Positions 13,051-26,510 of a stretch of DNA of 64,000 bases are shown here, piece after piece. The stretch comes from Vicugna vicugna. Lineage: Eukaryota. The stretch spans positions 2,830,948-2,894,947 of the forward strand of contig MU057651.1 of NCBI GenBank assembly GCA_013265495.1, read 5' to 3'. The stretch's first letter is position 1; each line of letters begins with the position of its first letter. The notes beneath the pieces are model-generated. The model was not told where the DNA came from. It was given only the letters and a program-made list of their open reading frames with translations, and ran no database searches. A program made the translations under genes and the position numbers.

Positions 13051-14739
13051 CTGGATGCACGAGGCATGCCCATTTTGAGAGAAAAAGAAAAGGGTTCTGA
13101 AGGAGTAAGCACACAGTGCCCGGCCTCTCACACTCACGGCTGCTGGGGAGGAAACTGTAACGGTGACCTGGGGATAAAGACCGAAATTCACAATGCCACC
13201 AAACTGCTGCCGCATTTACCAGTTTTTTCCAGCCCTGGACTCAGTGCAGCTTGAGCTCTGCAGGAGACAGAAGCACAGAGCATGCTCCAGGGGAAACTCG
13301 GTGGCGTCACCTCCATGAGAAGGTAAGGGGTCCCCGAGCGCCCAGAGAGAAGACGGGGTGCTCCCCTGCGCTCAGCTCTGTTCCTGGGAGCCCGGTCCCA
13401 AGCCGTCCTGGGGTGGCAGTGACAGTGAGCGCAGAGAGAGGAAATCCCTTGTCTCCCATCAGAGGAGCTGAGGTTCCAAGAGCGAGGAGGACACCCCACT
13501 GTCTTTCTGCCCTTTGTTTTTCTGCTCCGTTGCCACAGAAGTGGGCAGTCCCAGGACGTGCATCTCAGAGCAGGATAAACGAAGCCCCAGCTTTCTGGCT
13601 GGAGGAGCAGAAGAGGGAGCAGAGAGAGGCTGGCAGCCCTGGGGAGGCTGCAGAAGAGGAGGAGCTCGGGGACCGCCCTAAAGTCGTGTGAACTCCTGGT
13701 GGCATCTCCGAGCTGCACGTACGTGCATCAGACCCAGAGCAGCCGAGCACAGGCTCTGGGAGCTGAGCTGTGACACAGACCCCCCGCCTCCAGCCACCAA
13801 CACGCAGGGTCCAGACTGGCCACTGGCAGCACAAACAGGAGACAGAGCTGAATGCTCTGCAAAGGCTGTGTAAGCAGAAACGACAGAGAAACAATGACGA
13901 AGGGCAGCCTCGCACAACGCTAAGCTGAAGCCAACCGAGCCAACTGCCTCATAAAACACCAGCATCAGCGTTCTCGTAAGACTGAGATAAAAGCTCGAAT
14001 TTCATAACGTGATGCTCAAAACGTCTAGGAAACAGTCCAAACTGACTCTTCTCCATTCCCATGGGGAAAGAGGCTACAGCAATATGACCCCAACACTGGA
14101 ATTGCCTGACGTAGACTTTAAAGTTAACTGTCACACCCCTGCCTTAACCAATAAAGAGTTGGGAGAATAGAAGCGACTCTTTTCAAAGTCCTCCTTATTC
14201 TGACATTCTTGGCCTCGGGGAGTGGGGCTGGAGATGATTTCTCCAGAATGAGGAGTCCTGATTTGTTTAGCAGCGTTAAACATAAAACAGAATGAAAACT
14301 TGGATGAGATTTTTGTGGACTCTCTTAAAAATGGGTCATTAATATAAAAAAAGTCATATTAGCAATATTTAATCATGGTCACCTGTAAAGGATAAGAAAA
14401 ACAGAAGGTCAATATTCTTACAGAGGAAGGCAAAGATTTAAGATGAATTTTCAAAGTCCATTTTGCTTTGCCAATGTATTAATGTTTGGACGTTTTGTTA
14501 TACTACTGTCATTCATTAATTTTTCTCATTTCTTTTCTTTTTACATTTTTGGGCACATATTCTTTTTTTTTTAATTGAGGTATAGTCAGTTTCCAGTGTA
14601 TGGATATACATATATTCATTTCCATATTCAGTTGTTTTCATTTCTATACACAGTTAACTAAAGAGCTTTTCCAGATGCCCATGTCTGTAAAAATTTTTTT
14701 AAATAAAGTTTCTTTTGTTGTAGTGAAAGATTAAAAAAA

Positions 14740-17700
14740 ATAAAAATAAAGTAACTATTATAAACGCACTTGAAATGAATGGAAACATAGGGAGTTTCAG
14801 CAAAGAAACGGAAGACACAAAGAAAAACCGAAAGGAAATTTAAGATGTGAAAATACAGTAAAGGAAATTGAAACTCATTAAATGGGCTTACTAGCAGGTT
14901 CACTGATTTTTGAGGACGTGCCCACATAAATGATCCAATCTGAATAATATAATGAGAAATGACTGACAAAAAGATGAACACAGATCAGGAACCTGTAAAA
15001 TAACACCCAAAGGTCTAATATGCATGTCCACAGGGTAATGGGAGGATAAGAGAATGTGTTGCAGAAGAAAATATTTCAGGAAATGATGATAGAAAACTTC
15101 CCAAATCTGGTAAAAGACAGAAGCGCACGGATTCAAGAAGTTTGGTAAACCCCAAACAGGACAAATAAAAAGAAATCCACCCTCAGGAATGTTACAATCA
15201 AACTTCTTAAAACCAAGGACAAGGGAAAAAAAATCTTGAGAGCAATGAGGTAAATCTGAATTTCTTACACGAGAATGATTTGAATGACTACGGGAGCTAA
15301 AGTAGCAAGAAGGAGGTGGGAGACCAGCTTTAAGTACGGAAGGAAAAGAACGCTAAGTCCAGATTTCTATATCTGGTGAAGATATCCTTCTGTTAAGAAG
15401 GTGAGATAAAGATATTCTCCAAAGAAGACAAAGAGAATTCGCTGCCTGCAGAGCTGGTCTAAAAAACTGCTAACGTAACTTCTTTAGAGTGAATGAAAAA
15501 AAATACGGAACATCAGGAGCAACAGAAATGGTAAAAATATCCAAGCAAACACAGTAGGCTGCTCTCCTCCTGAGTTCTTTAAAATACAGATGTAACACAT
15601 AACTGTGGAGAATACCTATATCCCACATGAAATGATAGAGTATTGATTTTAAGGAAATAGTGAAATGTTTGCGTATGGGGATCCAAAGAAAGCCCAGAAA
15701 AGTAAACAAAAGATATACTTGAAAACATCAGTAGAAAATTTTAAATGGGATACTAACGTTTTTCCAATAACTCAAAAGAAGTCAGGAAAAGGGAAACAGG
15801 AACACAAAACAGGTAAGAAAGAAAGAAAAAAAAATAACTGTTGACCTAAATTCAAAAGTATTCACAGAAATTACAGATCAATATTCTTCATTTCTATAAA
15901 TGGTTTAATGGACTATAACGGTTTGGTATTATGATTAAATGTGAAATGTCCACACCTTCAGCTAAAAGGCAGATTAGTCAAACACATACTATCTTCAAGA
16001 ATCTCACTCTAAAAATAATGAAATAGGCAGTTAAAGTAAGATTATGGGGAAAATTTACCATATAAATGTTAACCAAAGGAAAGCTGGAATGGCTATATCA
16101 GTCTCAGATAAAGAGAAGATGTCAGAACAAACCCCCAAAATTATCAGGAATAAAGAGGAATATTACCTAATAAAATTAAAGGATCAATTCTTTAAGAAGG
16201 CATAATAATCCTAAATTTCAATGCACCAAGGAAAGAAGCTCTAAAATACATGAAATAAGGCTGACAAAACTGATCAGAGAAATAGATGAATCCACAATTT
16301 TGAGACAAACAGTCCTGTCTTGGTAATCAACATAATGAATAATCAATATAACTACTCAATATTACTGATCCACAATCCATGGGATACAGAAGTTGTATCA
16401 CTGTCAACCAACCAGATCTAACTGACATTTCTCCATCTCCACCCAACTGTACCAGATCTAACTGACATTTCTCCAGCTCCATCCAACTGTACCAGAAGAC
16501 GTGTTGCTGTCTAGTGCACACAGAGCATTCACCAAGATAAAACATCTGCTGGGTCATAAAACAAACCTTACCAAATGCAACAAGGATTGAGGGTATATAT
16601 AAAGTATGTTCCCTTATCATACTGGAAACAGACAAGACATCAACAGCAGATTGATAACCATGACATTTCTAAGCACTTGGAAAGTGTTTATATTACAAAT
16701 AATATACTTCTAAATAATCCATGGGGTAAAGGGGACGTTTTAAAGATCTGAACATAAATGAATAAATAAATTAAAATTGGTGGAATGAAAATCAGGAAGT
16801 GCTTAGAAGGAAATGTTTGCCGTCAAATGCTTGTTTTAGAAAAGAAATGTCTAAAATCAATAACCTAAGTTCCAACTAATCAAATTTAAAAAAATAGAAA
16901 GTAAACTAAATCATGGAGAAGGCAGGCAATGATAAAGCTAAGAGCAGAGAACACAAAAAGCAATAGAGAAAGTGACAATAAAAGTTGTTTTTTTTGTAAA
17001 TATCAATAAAAATTGATAAGCATATCACGAGAGTGACAGAAAAGAGCAAAGACACCAATTAGTATTATGAAGAATGAGAAACCACAGACATTAAAAGGAC
17101 AATAAGGGAATTCTCTGCACAGATTTATGCACACAATTAAACAACTTACATGAAATGCACCAGTTCTTCAAAAATCACAAACTACCAAAACTCACTGAAG
17201 CTGAAATAGATAACCCAAATAAACTTATTTAAAAATTTGAATTTGTAGTTAAGAGCACATAAAAGGAGTTGTCCGGCATGATTATTTCACTGGCAAATTC
17301 TACTAAACATTTAAGGGGAAACATTATACCAGTTTTACCTAATCTTTTCCAGAAAGTGGAAGAGAAGGAACCACTTCTCAAATCATTATATGAGACCAAT
17401 ATTACCCGGATGCTAAAATTAGACAAATACATCAAAAGAAAAGAAAACCAAATACTAATATCCCTCATGAATATAGATGCAAAAATCCTCAAAAAATATT
17501 AGCAAATAGAATCCAGCAATATATAAGAAGAACACACCACAACCAAGTGCGTTTTATCTCAAGAAGGCAAGGTTGGTTCAGTATTTCAAAGTCAAGTGTG
17601 TTTTATCTCAAGAAGGCAAGGTTGATTCAATATTTCAAAGTCAATCAATGTAATTCACCACACGGACCACCTACAGAAGAAAAATCACACAAACATATCA

Positions 17701-20065
17701 ATTAAAACAAAGAAAAATATTTAGCCTAATTCAACACCAACAGCTCTCTGCACACAAGGAACAGGAGGGAGCTTCTTCCACAGAAACAAACCTCCAGCCA
17801 GGATCATATGAAATGCTTCTGAAGGCTCAATGCTTTCTCCCCAAGATCAGGAACAAGGCAAGGATGCAGACTCTCACTCGTCCTGTTCAACCTCAGACAG
17901 AAAGTCTACATTGTTCAGTAAGAAGAGAGAAAGAAATAAAAGGCATAAAGATTGGAAAAAAGGAAATGAAAACATAGGTATTTTCTAGGCATACAGAGAC
18001 AACCCAAAGAATCTGAAAAAAAAAAAACAACAACCAAAAATAAAGGCTTCATAAAATTAATAAATGAGTTTGGCAAGGTCACAGGAGACAAGCTCAACAC
18101 ACAAATCAATTCCATTTGTAGACAACAATGAACCACCGGAAACTGAAATTTCAAATTTCACTTACAATGTCTTCAAAATTTTAAATATTTAGGTATAAAT
18201 TTAGCCAACATGGATAAGATCTATACACTGAAAATGCTTAAAAAAATTCATCAAAGAAATTTGATAAGAAAGACAAATTTAGCCAACATGGATAAGATCT
18301 ATATGCTGAAAATGATAAAAAAAAAATCTCATCAAAGAAATTTAAGAAGAAAGACCCAAACAAATGAAGGATATACCATGTTCATGGATTGGAAGATTCA
18401 AAATGACTTAGAGATTTAACAAAATTTCAGGCATGATTTTTTGTTTTTGTAGATCTAGATAAACTGATTCTAAAATTTTTAGGGAAAGGCAAAGAAATGA
18501 GAAGAGCCCAAACATTTCTGAAAAAGAAGAAGAAAGTTGTAGAAATCCCACTGCCCTGTTTGAAGGCTAACTACAAAGCTACACTATTCAAGACTACAAA
18601 GCTACAATATTCAACAGTGTTGATGAAAGAACGTATATAAATTAATTTTAAAAATAAAGAGTCAAAAAATAGATCCTAACAAACATGGACAATTGATTTT
18701 TGATGAAGGAGCTGAGGCAATTCATTAGACAATGACGATGTTGTCATGAAAGGTGCTGAGACAACCGGACACCTTGCGCCAGAGAAAAACAAAACAGCAT
18801 GAAGAAAGAGGGGTAGAAGTTTGATTTCAACCTCACACTTATATCAAAATTAACTCAAAATGAATCACACAGCTAAGTGGAAGTGTGAAAACACAGGAGA
18901 AAATCAACACAGCCATTAGACATGGCCCCGAAGTGTGGCGAAAGCACGCAGTGCAAAGAAATTGGGCTTCCTTGCAACTAAAAATTTCTAATCTTCTCAA
19001 TAAAAAAAGAATATGAAACAAATATATGTATGTCATGCATGACCGGGACATGAGGCCATGCACTGGAAACTAACACACTGTAACTGACTATACTTCAATT
19101 AAAATAAAAAACTTGTAATCTTGTAAAAACACTATGAAAGGAACAAAAAGACACGCTCCAGACCAGGGAAGAAAAGAAATACTTGCAAATCACGTATTCG
19201 ACCCAAGATCTGTACCGCCTTCAATGAAGAGTCTTCAAAATGCAACCTAAGTGGAAAAAATGATCCCACTTTTTAAAAACACAGAGAAAAGACAGGAACA
19301 GAGATCTCACCCAAGAAGATACAAGGATGGGAAATAAACTCCTGGACAAAGTGCAAGATCGTGAGCCATTGAGCAGGTGGGAGTTGAAACCACCGCACAC
19401 CTGCAGGAACGGCTAAAAGAAAAATGTCTTGAAAACACCACGCGCTGGTGAGAATCCAAAGCTAATTGGAAGCCGCGTTCTTTGCTAACAGGGATGCAGA
19501 ATGGTCCAGCCGCTCTGAAGACAGCGCGACAGCCTCTTGCAGAGTTAACCACATCCCCATGGGCCAGCACGCCCACTCCCGGGCATTTATCCTAGACAAA
19601 TGGGAACTGACACTCACAGAAAGTGACACCAGGGCTGGGACGTTTGGCGCGGCTCACGTACCTGAGCACGAAAGAGTGGAAACAGCCCAGATGTCCTTTC
19701 GTGGGTGGACGAGTAAACACACGAGGATGGACTCATACAAGAGAACACCACTCAGCGATTAAAAAAAAAAAAAAGAGTCACTGAGACACGCAAGACACCG
19801 AATCTCAGAGGAGGCTGTGAGTGACAGATGTTAGGCTCAAAAGGACGCGGACTGCATGACGCCATTCGTACGGCGTTCTCCAAAGACCGAATGACAGTGA
19901 TGGACAACAGACCTGCGGCGGCTGCCAGGAGGGCGAGGAGGGAGGAGGAAGGGACAGCATGGGGGTTCTGGGGTGACGGGGCTGTCCTGTGCACCCTGAT
20001 TGCAGATCTGGTCGTGCAGAGCCACGCCTGCGTTACAATTCACAGAACTGGACCCACAAGGAGTC
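14740..20065 (+). mobile_element. Old, near full-length degenerate L1 (ORF1, ORF2 and 3' UTR remnants), antisense to COBL
   Basis: A-rich sequence. ORF 17269-17502 (LPNLFQKVEEKEPLLKSLYETNIT...ISLMNIDAKIL) matches L1 ORF2. ORF1-like sequence at 14800-15500. Many stops and frameshifts. Confidence 0.9.
19003..19110 (+). mobile_element. Young L1 3' tail nested in the old L1
   Basis: aaaaagaatatgaaac...acactgtaactgactatacttcaattaaaataaaaa, same family as the 11020 and 43085 tails. Confidence 0.75.
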
Positions 20066-20075
20066 AAGCAGACCC

Positions 20076-20550
20076 TTGGGGACGTTTGCGTCTATATTCA
20101 TAAATGACTTTCTCTTTTGGGGGCGGATATCTTTGGTTTTGGTATCAGAGTGATGGTGGCCTCGCAGAATGAGTTTGGAAGTGTTCCTTCCTCTGCGATT
20201 TTTTGGAATAGTTTCAGAAGGACAGGTGTCAACGCCGCTCTAAGTGTTCGGTAGAATTTGCATGGAAATCCGTCTGGTCCTGGACGTTCGTCCTTTGGGA
20301 GTTTTAAAATGCTGATTCGACTTCAGTACTGGTAAGTGGTTCATTCATAATTCATATTTTCTATGTCTTCCTGGTTCAGCCTTGGCAAATTGCATCTTTC
20401 TAAGAAATGATCATTTCTGATTTTATTAATTTCAGCTTTTTTCTCTCTTTTGTTTGATGAGTCTGGCTAAAGGTTTATCAATGTTGTTTATCTTTTCAAA
20501 GAACCAGCTTTTAGTTTCATGGATATTTTCTATGTTTTTTTTTTTTTTTA
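20076..20550 (-). mobile_element. L1 ORF2 fragment
   Basis: ttttggtatcagagtgatggtggcctcgcagaatgagtttggaagtgttccttcctc and aaaggtttatcaatgttgtttatcttttcaaagaaccagctttt are antisense L1 ORF2. Confidence 0.85.
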
Positions 20551-22328
20551 GTCTCTTAAAAAAAGAAAAAAAAAGTCAAGCTGACGCGATGTTAATAACA
20601 TTTAGAAAAATACCGAGAGGAAGTAACAGCTACGTTCAAGAGCCAGTCTTCCAGATCGACGTCCGTGGAACATGCCTCCTCCCCGCCTCACTGTATGTGA
20701 TGATGGATTTGTGGCACCTTTTTAAAGAACAATATAAAATGGTGATCAGAGGCCACACCTTACTGCCTTCACTTGTGAATTATGGGGGGCACAGAGACAC
20801 CGCCTGGGGAAGAAACGGGGCTGGCAGCATCAGCAGCGCTCCCCGGTGGGCCCGCCACGTCTGGGGACCAGGGGGCTTCTGCCGCCACCCATCTGATCTC
20901 TTAGAGCAGAGGGCAGCAGAAGCGATGGGTTCAGGACCGCTGTCTGGCAGCTTGTCCGTGGGGCCCCGACAGTGGTCCCCAAAGCACCACCAGCCAGCCA
21001 GCCTCCATCACTCCATCTCAGCTCCAACGCACAGCACGAAGGCTCCTCTCGTGCTGATTCTGCCCAGCTGGCCCCCCCGTTCCTGGAGATCCAGCTCTCT
21101 CATCCTTCCAGACGCAGGCTGTGCCCTCGCTCCGGCAGACCCCTGACCCCTGGAACAGCCGATCGTCCATCCCCTCCCTGGTCCACAGACGCAGCGCCCC
21201 CCGCCCCCGCCCCAGCACGGGCCAGGAGGCTGACGCCCGCGACGTGGACGGGGTGCCCACACTGCTGTGCCAGCCACCAACACCACACTCCGCACACAGC
21301 AGGCGTGCAAACGATGTGTGCTGGAAAAGGAATGTTTTCTGCAAGCCACAAAATGCAGGTGGGCAGCAGGGACCAGAAGGAACCACTGTGCGTCGTTAAT
21401 TGCCAGGGATAATGAGGCCTCCTGGAGGGACAGACACTGTCCTAATTTCAAGGATGAGAACGAGGAGGGTCAGCCTTCCCCCTTTCCGCCCAGCGTGGCA
21501 GAAACACGGAGACAAAGCCGATGCCCCTGCGCCGCACGCAGACCTGCTTTCACGGCTGGCGTCCCCCTCCCTCTGTCCTCTGGCCTGGTTGGCTGTTCCC
21601 ACTTTTATGAGCCTTCCTGCGCACAGGCTGGACCCCGAGGGCCTCGGGAAAGCTGATGGGACCCAGAGAAGGACGCACATGGCGGGGCAGGAGGACCCGG
21701 GAGCGGCTGGGAAGCGCGTGGGAGGGGGTGTCCCCGAGCGCAGCCGTGACCTCGGACCGGCCACCTCCTCCAGCTGCATCGCAGCGGCCGTGCCAGTGCG
21801 AGGCCGACTCCTGTTCCTGAGCAAACTCGAGGGACATGCACAGGCCATCGCGGGGACGCGGAGGGACGGCCCGTCCCGGCCTGTTGTCTGGGTCATGGCT
21901 CCTTGCCACCCAAGGACCCCAAGGACCCTCAGCAGAGCTCAGAGACCGTCCTGGATGGCTCATCGTTGGGGAACGCGGGTTCTGAAGCGACGGGCCAAGG
22001 AGACAGGATTGACGTCTTCACCAGGGTCCTTCCCTGCAAAGATGCTGCTGAAACTGAGACAGCCGGGCTCGGGCATCCGGCGGGAGGAAACAGCCCGCGT
22101 GACCAGCGATCCGTGCGCGGCTCCCCGGCCTTGCCTAAGCCCAGCAGTCAGGGAACCTCGAAGACAGACACAGAAGGAAGGGCGCGGAAGGGCGGGAGCC
22201 ACGTCTCCTAAAACTCAGGTGTCCCAGCTCTGGGTACCCCCCGGTTCCTACAACGTCTTCCCTCACAACCCCAGCTTCCTCCCCAGTCTCTGAGCTTTGG
22301 GCTGATGACATTATTAAGATGACAACAC

Positions 22329-22837
22329 TGTGAATGAAAATGACTGGCAGCCGTGTCAGTAAACAAAGGATGCTGCAGAGCTCAGCCACCAGCCACTCCC
22401 GCTGCCTCCAATGGGGAGCCAGGGGGAAACTCAGGACGGGGACAAGCAGGCAGCCCAGTTTGTGCAGCCACCCCCAGCGGGGCCCCCAGCGGGGACTCAG
22501 GATGGGAGAGGACAGGACGCTGGCCCTGGAGAGCTCAGGTGCACATCAAAGGAAGGCTTTCAGTGAGCCCAGACTTTGCACCTTCCTGTACAGAGAAAAG
22601 CGCTCAGCTCCTTAACTGGAGATGTCTGGTTCCCTTTAATTAATAGCCATCTTTTGATGTTCCCACTACCCAGTCTTGGTTGCAAAAATTCCTACAAATC
22701 CTGGCTCCTCCCTTGCCTCTTGGGAACAGTCCCTTAGAGCATCTGAGACGCTGTCTCCCAGGCCTGAGGCCTCAGAAGATCTGCCAAATAAAGAAACTCT
22801 CAACTTTTAGATTGTGCTGTTTCATTTTCAGCCAACA
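22329..22837 (+). mobile_element. ERV1-type solo LTR
   Basis: TG...CA termini, AATAAA near 22787, end caacttttagattgtgc...ttcagccaaca. Related to 24628-25081. Confidence 0.75.
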
Positions 22838-24517
22838 ATAATCAAACCAAAAAGAGAAAAAAAAAAGGTTAAAGATGGTAAAGCTTGCTAACTGGGCACA
22901 AATGGGCACACGGGGGGGGGTCCCCAAATTGTGTTCCCCCCTTGAATGCATGTTTGAAATTTGCCACCGTATTTTTCAAAGGAGAAAGACTCCACTTTTT
23001 TTGTCATGGGACGCCTGCCCCTGATGGGAATTAAGTACATCTTCAAATCAATGGTAGTTTATTCCTGAATATGGAGAAGTCCCCAGAAAAATGATCCAGT
23101 CCAAAATTAGCTTTGTCTGTCTGTGAAGGGGAGTCCTGTATAAAAATGACGATACGGTGAAAAAAAATTCCTGAATCAGAAGCTCGGGAACTTCCGTCCA
23201 GCTGCTCCCTGGCACCATCCGCAGTTTACTGGACTTAAGGACCCTTCAATCAGTTGCCTACAAAACTCAGTACACCTTCTCCGTCGCACAGGAAGATGGA
23301 TACGTTCCTGAGAAAGAGCGTCATCTTCAAAATGAGTGAGATCTTTTGCAGCCGAGGGCTGGAACGCCGTGACCCCCTACTGCGGTCGGGGTACCAGGTC
23401 AGGACAGTGTCCTCTGCACATAAGATGCGGCTCCTCCACCCACAGCGGTCTGCCTCCACCTCCCATCACTCAAGAACTACCCTGGTCCTAACTCTGTCTA
23501 AATACAGACCGCATGCTTAGCTCTGCCCGACCTTACCAGGCCAGGATACACACATCACTCTGTGTCCCCTGGAGTCAGCTAGCGCGGCCCTTCTGCGTGA
23601 GCTGCCCTCCATTTCTCTAGAATTAATTTCACCTGTATCCCTCCTTTGATTAAAGTTGTAGAGATTGTTTCTTTAAAAAAAAAATATAGTGCCCCAGCAA
23701 AAGGAACCAGAGAAATGCTCTGAGGACTGCCCGGCCTCGCAGGCGGTGGGGACGCGGGCCAGACCGTCACAGCATCACTGACGGGGGCTCGTGTGTGCAA
23801 GTCAGGACCCCCCACCCAGCAAAGGAGATGTGCCCTCCTGGTGGCCAGGCACACTCCTGGGCTCCTGAGGTCCCCCTGCTCCTCGGCTGCCACGTGCCCC
23901 TCGCTCTGCGGGGCCACTCGAATGGCAGGTCCAAGAATTGTCCCCAAAGCCGGGGAATCGGCAGGACGGGCTTTTCTGGGAAAGGGCCGGGCCCTGACAG
24001 CCTGGCAAAAGTCTGCCCTCTCCCTCCCCTCTTTCTGCTCCTGTCTGATCACCAGAGACGAGTAAGTGCCCCTTGGACCCAGCCGCAGGTGTCCGTTTCT
24101 GCGAGCTAATCCTGGTGTGGTATTTACAGCTCCTCGGCCCGGCTGCCGCGGGCGTCTGCAAGGAGCCTGCTATTTAAGAGCTCCCGCGGCAGAACCCTCT
24201 TCTCAGAAGGCCTTTCATAAAAATAAACCTGACTTATCTCCGCCCCACCCTGCAGGCAGGGCGAACCGCTCCCTCTTTCCTGCTGTGCCTGCAGCCCGCT
24301 CAGGTCCTGACATTTGTCATCACCACCCTTTGAGAGATCTGCCCTTCCTTCTGTCCTGAGTCGGGGACCAACCGTCCACACCCAAGATGCCGGCACATGC
24401 ATGAATTGTAATTAATTCTTACTTAAAAACACACACACACACAATGAATGCAATGAATATATTTAAAAATGGTCCTCTACCAGTAATTAAATACCATAAT
24501 AATATGTTTTATCATGA

Positions 24518-24605
24518 TTTATTTATTTAATGGTGGTGCTGGGGATTGAACCCAGGACCTCGTGCATGCGAAGCATGCACCCCACCGCTGGGCTAGACCC
24601 TCCCC
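24518..24605 (-). mobile_element. tRNA-derived camelid SINE (Vic-1-like)
   Basis: Reverse complement of the SINE head with B box gggttcaatcccc. Approximate target duplication catgattt. Confidence 0.85.
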
Positions 24606-24627
24606 GATACATGATTTTAATTCAGAG

Positions 24628-25081
24628 TGCGGACAGAGTCCAATAAACTAAGAATGTTGCCCCCATTCCTGTTCTACAAGGATCAAGCCACTGCAGCAGC
24701 CCCCGCCCTCCACGGCGCCCCCTGAGGGGGATTCTGGATGGAGGAAAATAAGACACTGGCCTCCAGGTCATTAACATGCACGTCTAAGAACAAAAGGCAA
24801 TGAGCCCAGACTGGAGCATCTCTCCAAACACGGAAACGCACTGAAATCATTAACTGGAGACTGTTCTTTGCGACCAGTGGTAACCTTTCCATGTCTGAGT
24901 ATGTGTTTTCCCAGCCCTTCTCCAAACTCCTCTGCATCCTGGCTCCTCCCTTCCCTCCTCTGAGCAGCTCCTCAAAGCTCATCCGAGAGGCTGTTGTCGC
25001 CCAGGCTGTAGGTTCTCAGGGAGACCCTCGAATAAAACTTAACGCGTAACTTTTAGCTTGCGCTTTGTCCTTCAGTCGACA
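24628..25081 (+). mobile_element. ERV1-type solo LTR
   Basis: TG...CA termini, AATAAA at 25031, end ttcagtcgaca, near-TSD agag/agaa. Confidence 0.8.
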
Positions 25082-26104
25082 AGAAGTGTGTCATCAGATG
25101 CTGGGGATCTACTTATTACTTACAACTTAGGTAAACTGATTTCTTGAAAATGTGCCAGCACATCTGACCGTCTCTTATGACTGGGTGACCGCGTCCTGTT
25201 AATTCTTATTTTGCAGTTGGGTTTGTCCGTTCGATAACGATGTGAGTTTAAAAAAACTAAAGCTGTGAACTGTTCTTAGAAACAACAAGCAGTACACATA
25301 CGTATATTGAAAAAAATCATGGCTCTTTTTCTTGTTAAAAGGTGCATTTTTTTTTTTTTAGCCAAAGAAAGAAAAAAAAGGAAAAAGATGGCGAATAATG
25401 AATTACAATTTGCTGGCTCTGCTGGAATGCAAACCCATTTCCATCCCTCCAAACCTTTAATAAAATCTCTAGTCCACATGCCGGTGTTGGAAAAAAAGAT
25501 GTTTGATTAGAAGATAAAATATTAAGATCATTTTTACTTGCTTTGTTTTTCTTTTGGTTTTTGTAGCAAAGAATCACTTTGCAGGAGTTAAATCGCTCAT
25601 GTCTTTTTGGAGCCACCATTTACTGTTCAGACACGTGATTCTGCAGGAAAACAATGACACACATGGTCCCGCAAGCAGTTTAGGGCGGCCTGTTTCCTGA
25701 TGGACGATGGCAAATGCTTTAATAACCATTTCAGTACTTCTGATGACTTATAGCTGGGGGCTGACTGTCATTTTCCAAAGCAGTTGGTGAAACCACAGTG
25801 AAGTGTATTAAAATGTAACCAGAGAGGCCCCTGAAGAGGAGATCTGGCAACAGAGAGGAGCTGTGCCGCGTCCATGCAGCTCAGACCACACGGAACGTCC
25901 GGACTGGCCTCCCTGAGAGCCTGGAGCACAATGCATTTAAGGACTTGAGGGAGGGGAGAGATGGACAAGGGGCTGGATGAAAGGATGGATAACCTTCAGC
26001 CCGCATCAGCCTTCAAACCAGTCCGGCTGGGCACCCCTCCCTCCACCGCCGACCTCCCGGGGAGAAGCTGGGGTGCAGTTACTCAGAAGAACCCCCAACC
26101 CCGG

Positions 26105-26510
26105 GAAAAGGCACAAATAGATGGAAAGATGCCCTGTGTTTCTGGATTGGAAGGCTCAACATTGTTAAAATGTCCTTACTACTCAAAGCGATCTGCAGGC
26201 TGAAGGCAAGCCCTGAGCCAAGCTCCAATGGCAGGTTTTCGCAGGAGAACGCCACGATCCTAAAATGCATATGGAACCACGAAAAACCTGGGAGAGCCAA
26301 CGCCATCTCGAGAAAGAGCAAAGCTGGGGGCGTCACACTGCCTGACTTCAAACCGTACTAAACATCCTCATCACAAGAAAAAAAAAATTGTGTGGTGACG
26401 GATGTTTTTAACCGGTGTCAGTCTGTAATATACAGACGTGTCAAATCACGCCACGGTGTATTTACAACAGACACGGTGTTTGATGTCAACTGTGTCTCAA
26501 TAAAAAGTAA
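26105..26510 (+). mobile_element. L1 fragment: ORF2 piece joined directly to the 3' terminus
   Basis: ORF 26170-26361 (ILKCIWNHEKPGRANAISRKSKAGGVTLPDFKPY) is L1 ORF2. It is followed at once by an L1MA/MB-like 3' end ending in tctcaataaaaa. Confidence 0.8.

Noticed and set aside
21400..22293. 297-aa ORF, and similar ORFs such as 8161-8946 and 1422-2045
   Set aside because: P/R/G/A-rich, no recognisable domain, overlapping ORFs in several frames, partly MIR-derived: consistent with GC-rich intronic noise.
22329..25081. Two related LTRs 1.8 kb apart as a collapsed provirus
   Set aside because: The copies are too divergent from each other, no TGG primer-binding site follows the first, and no gag/pol-like sequence lies between them. 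Independent solo LTRs are more likely.
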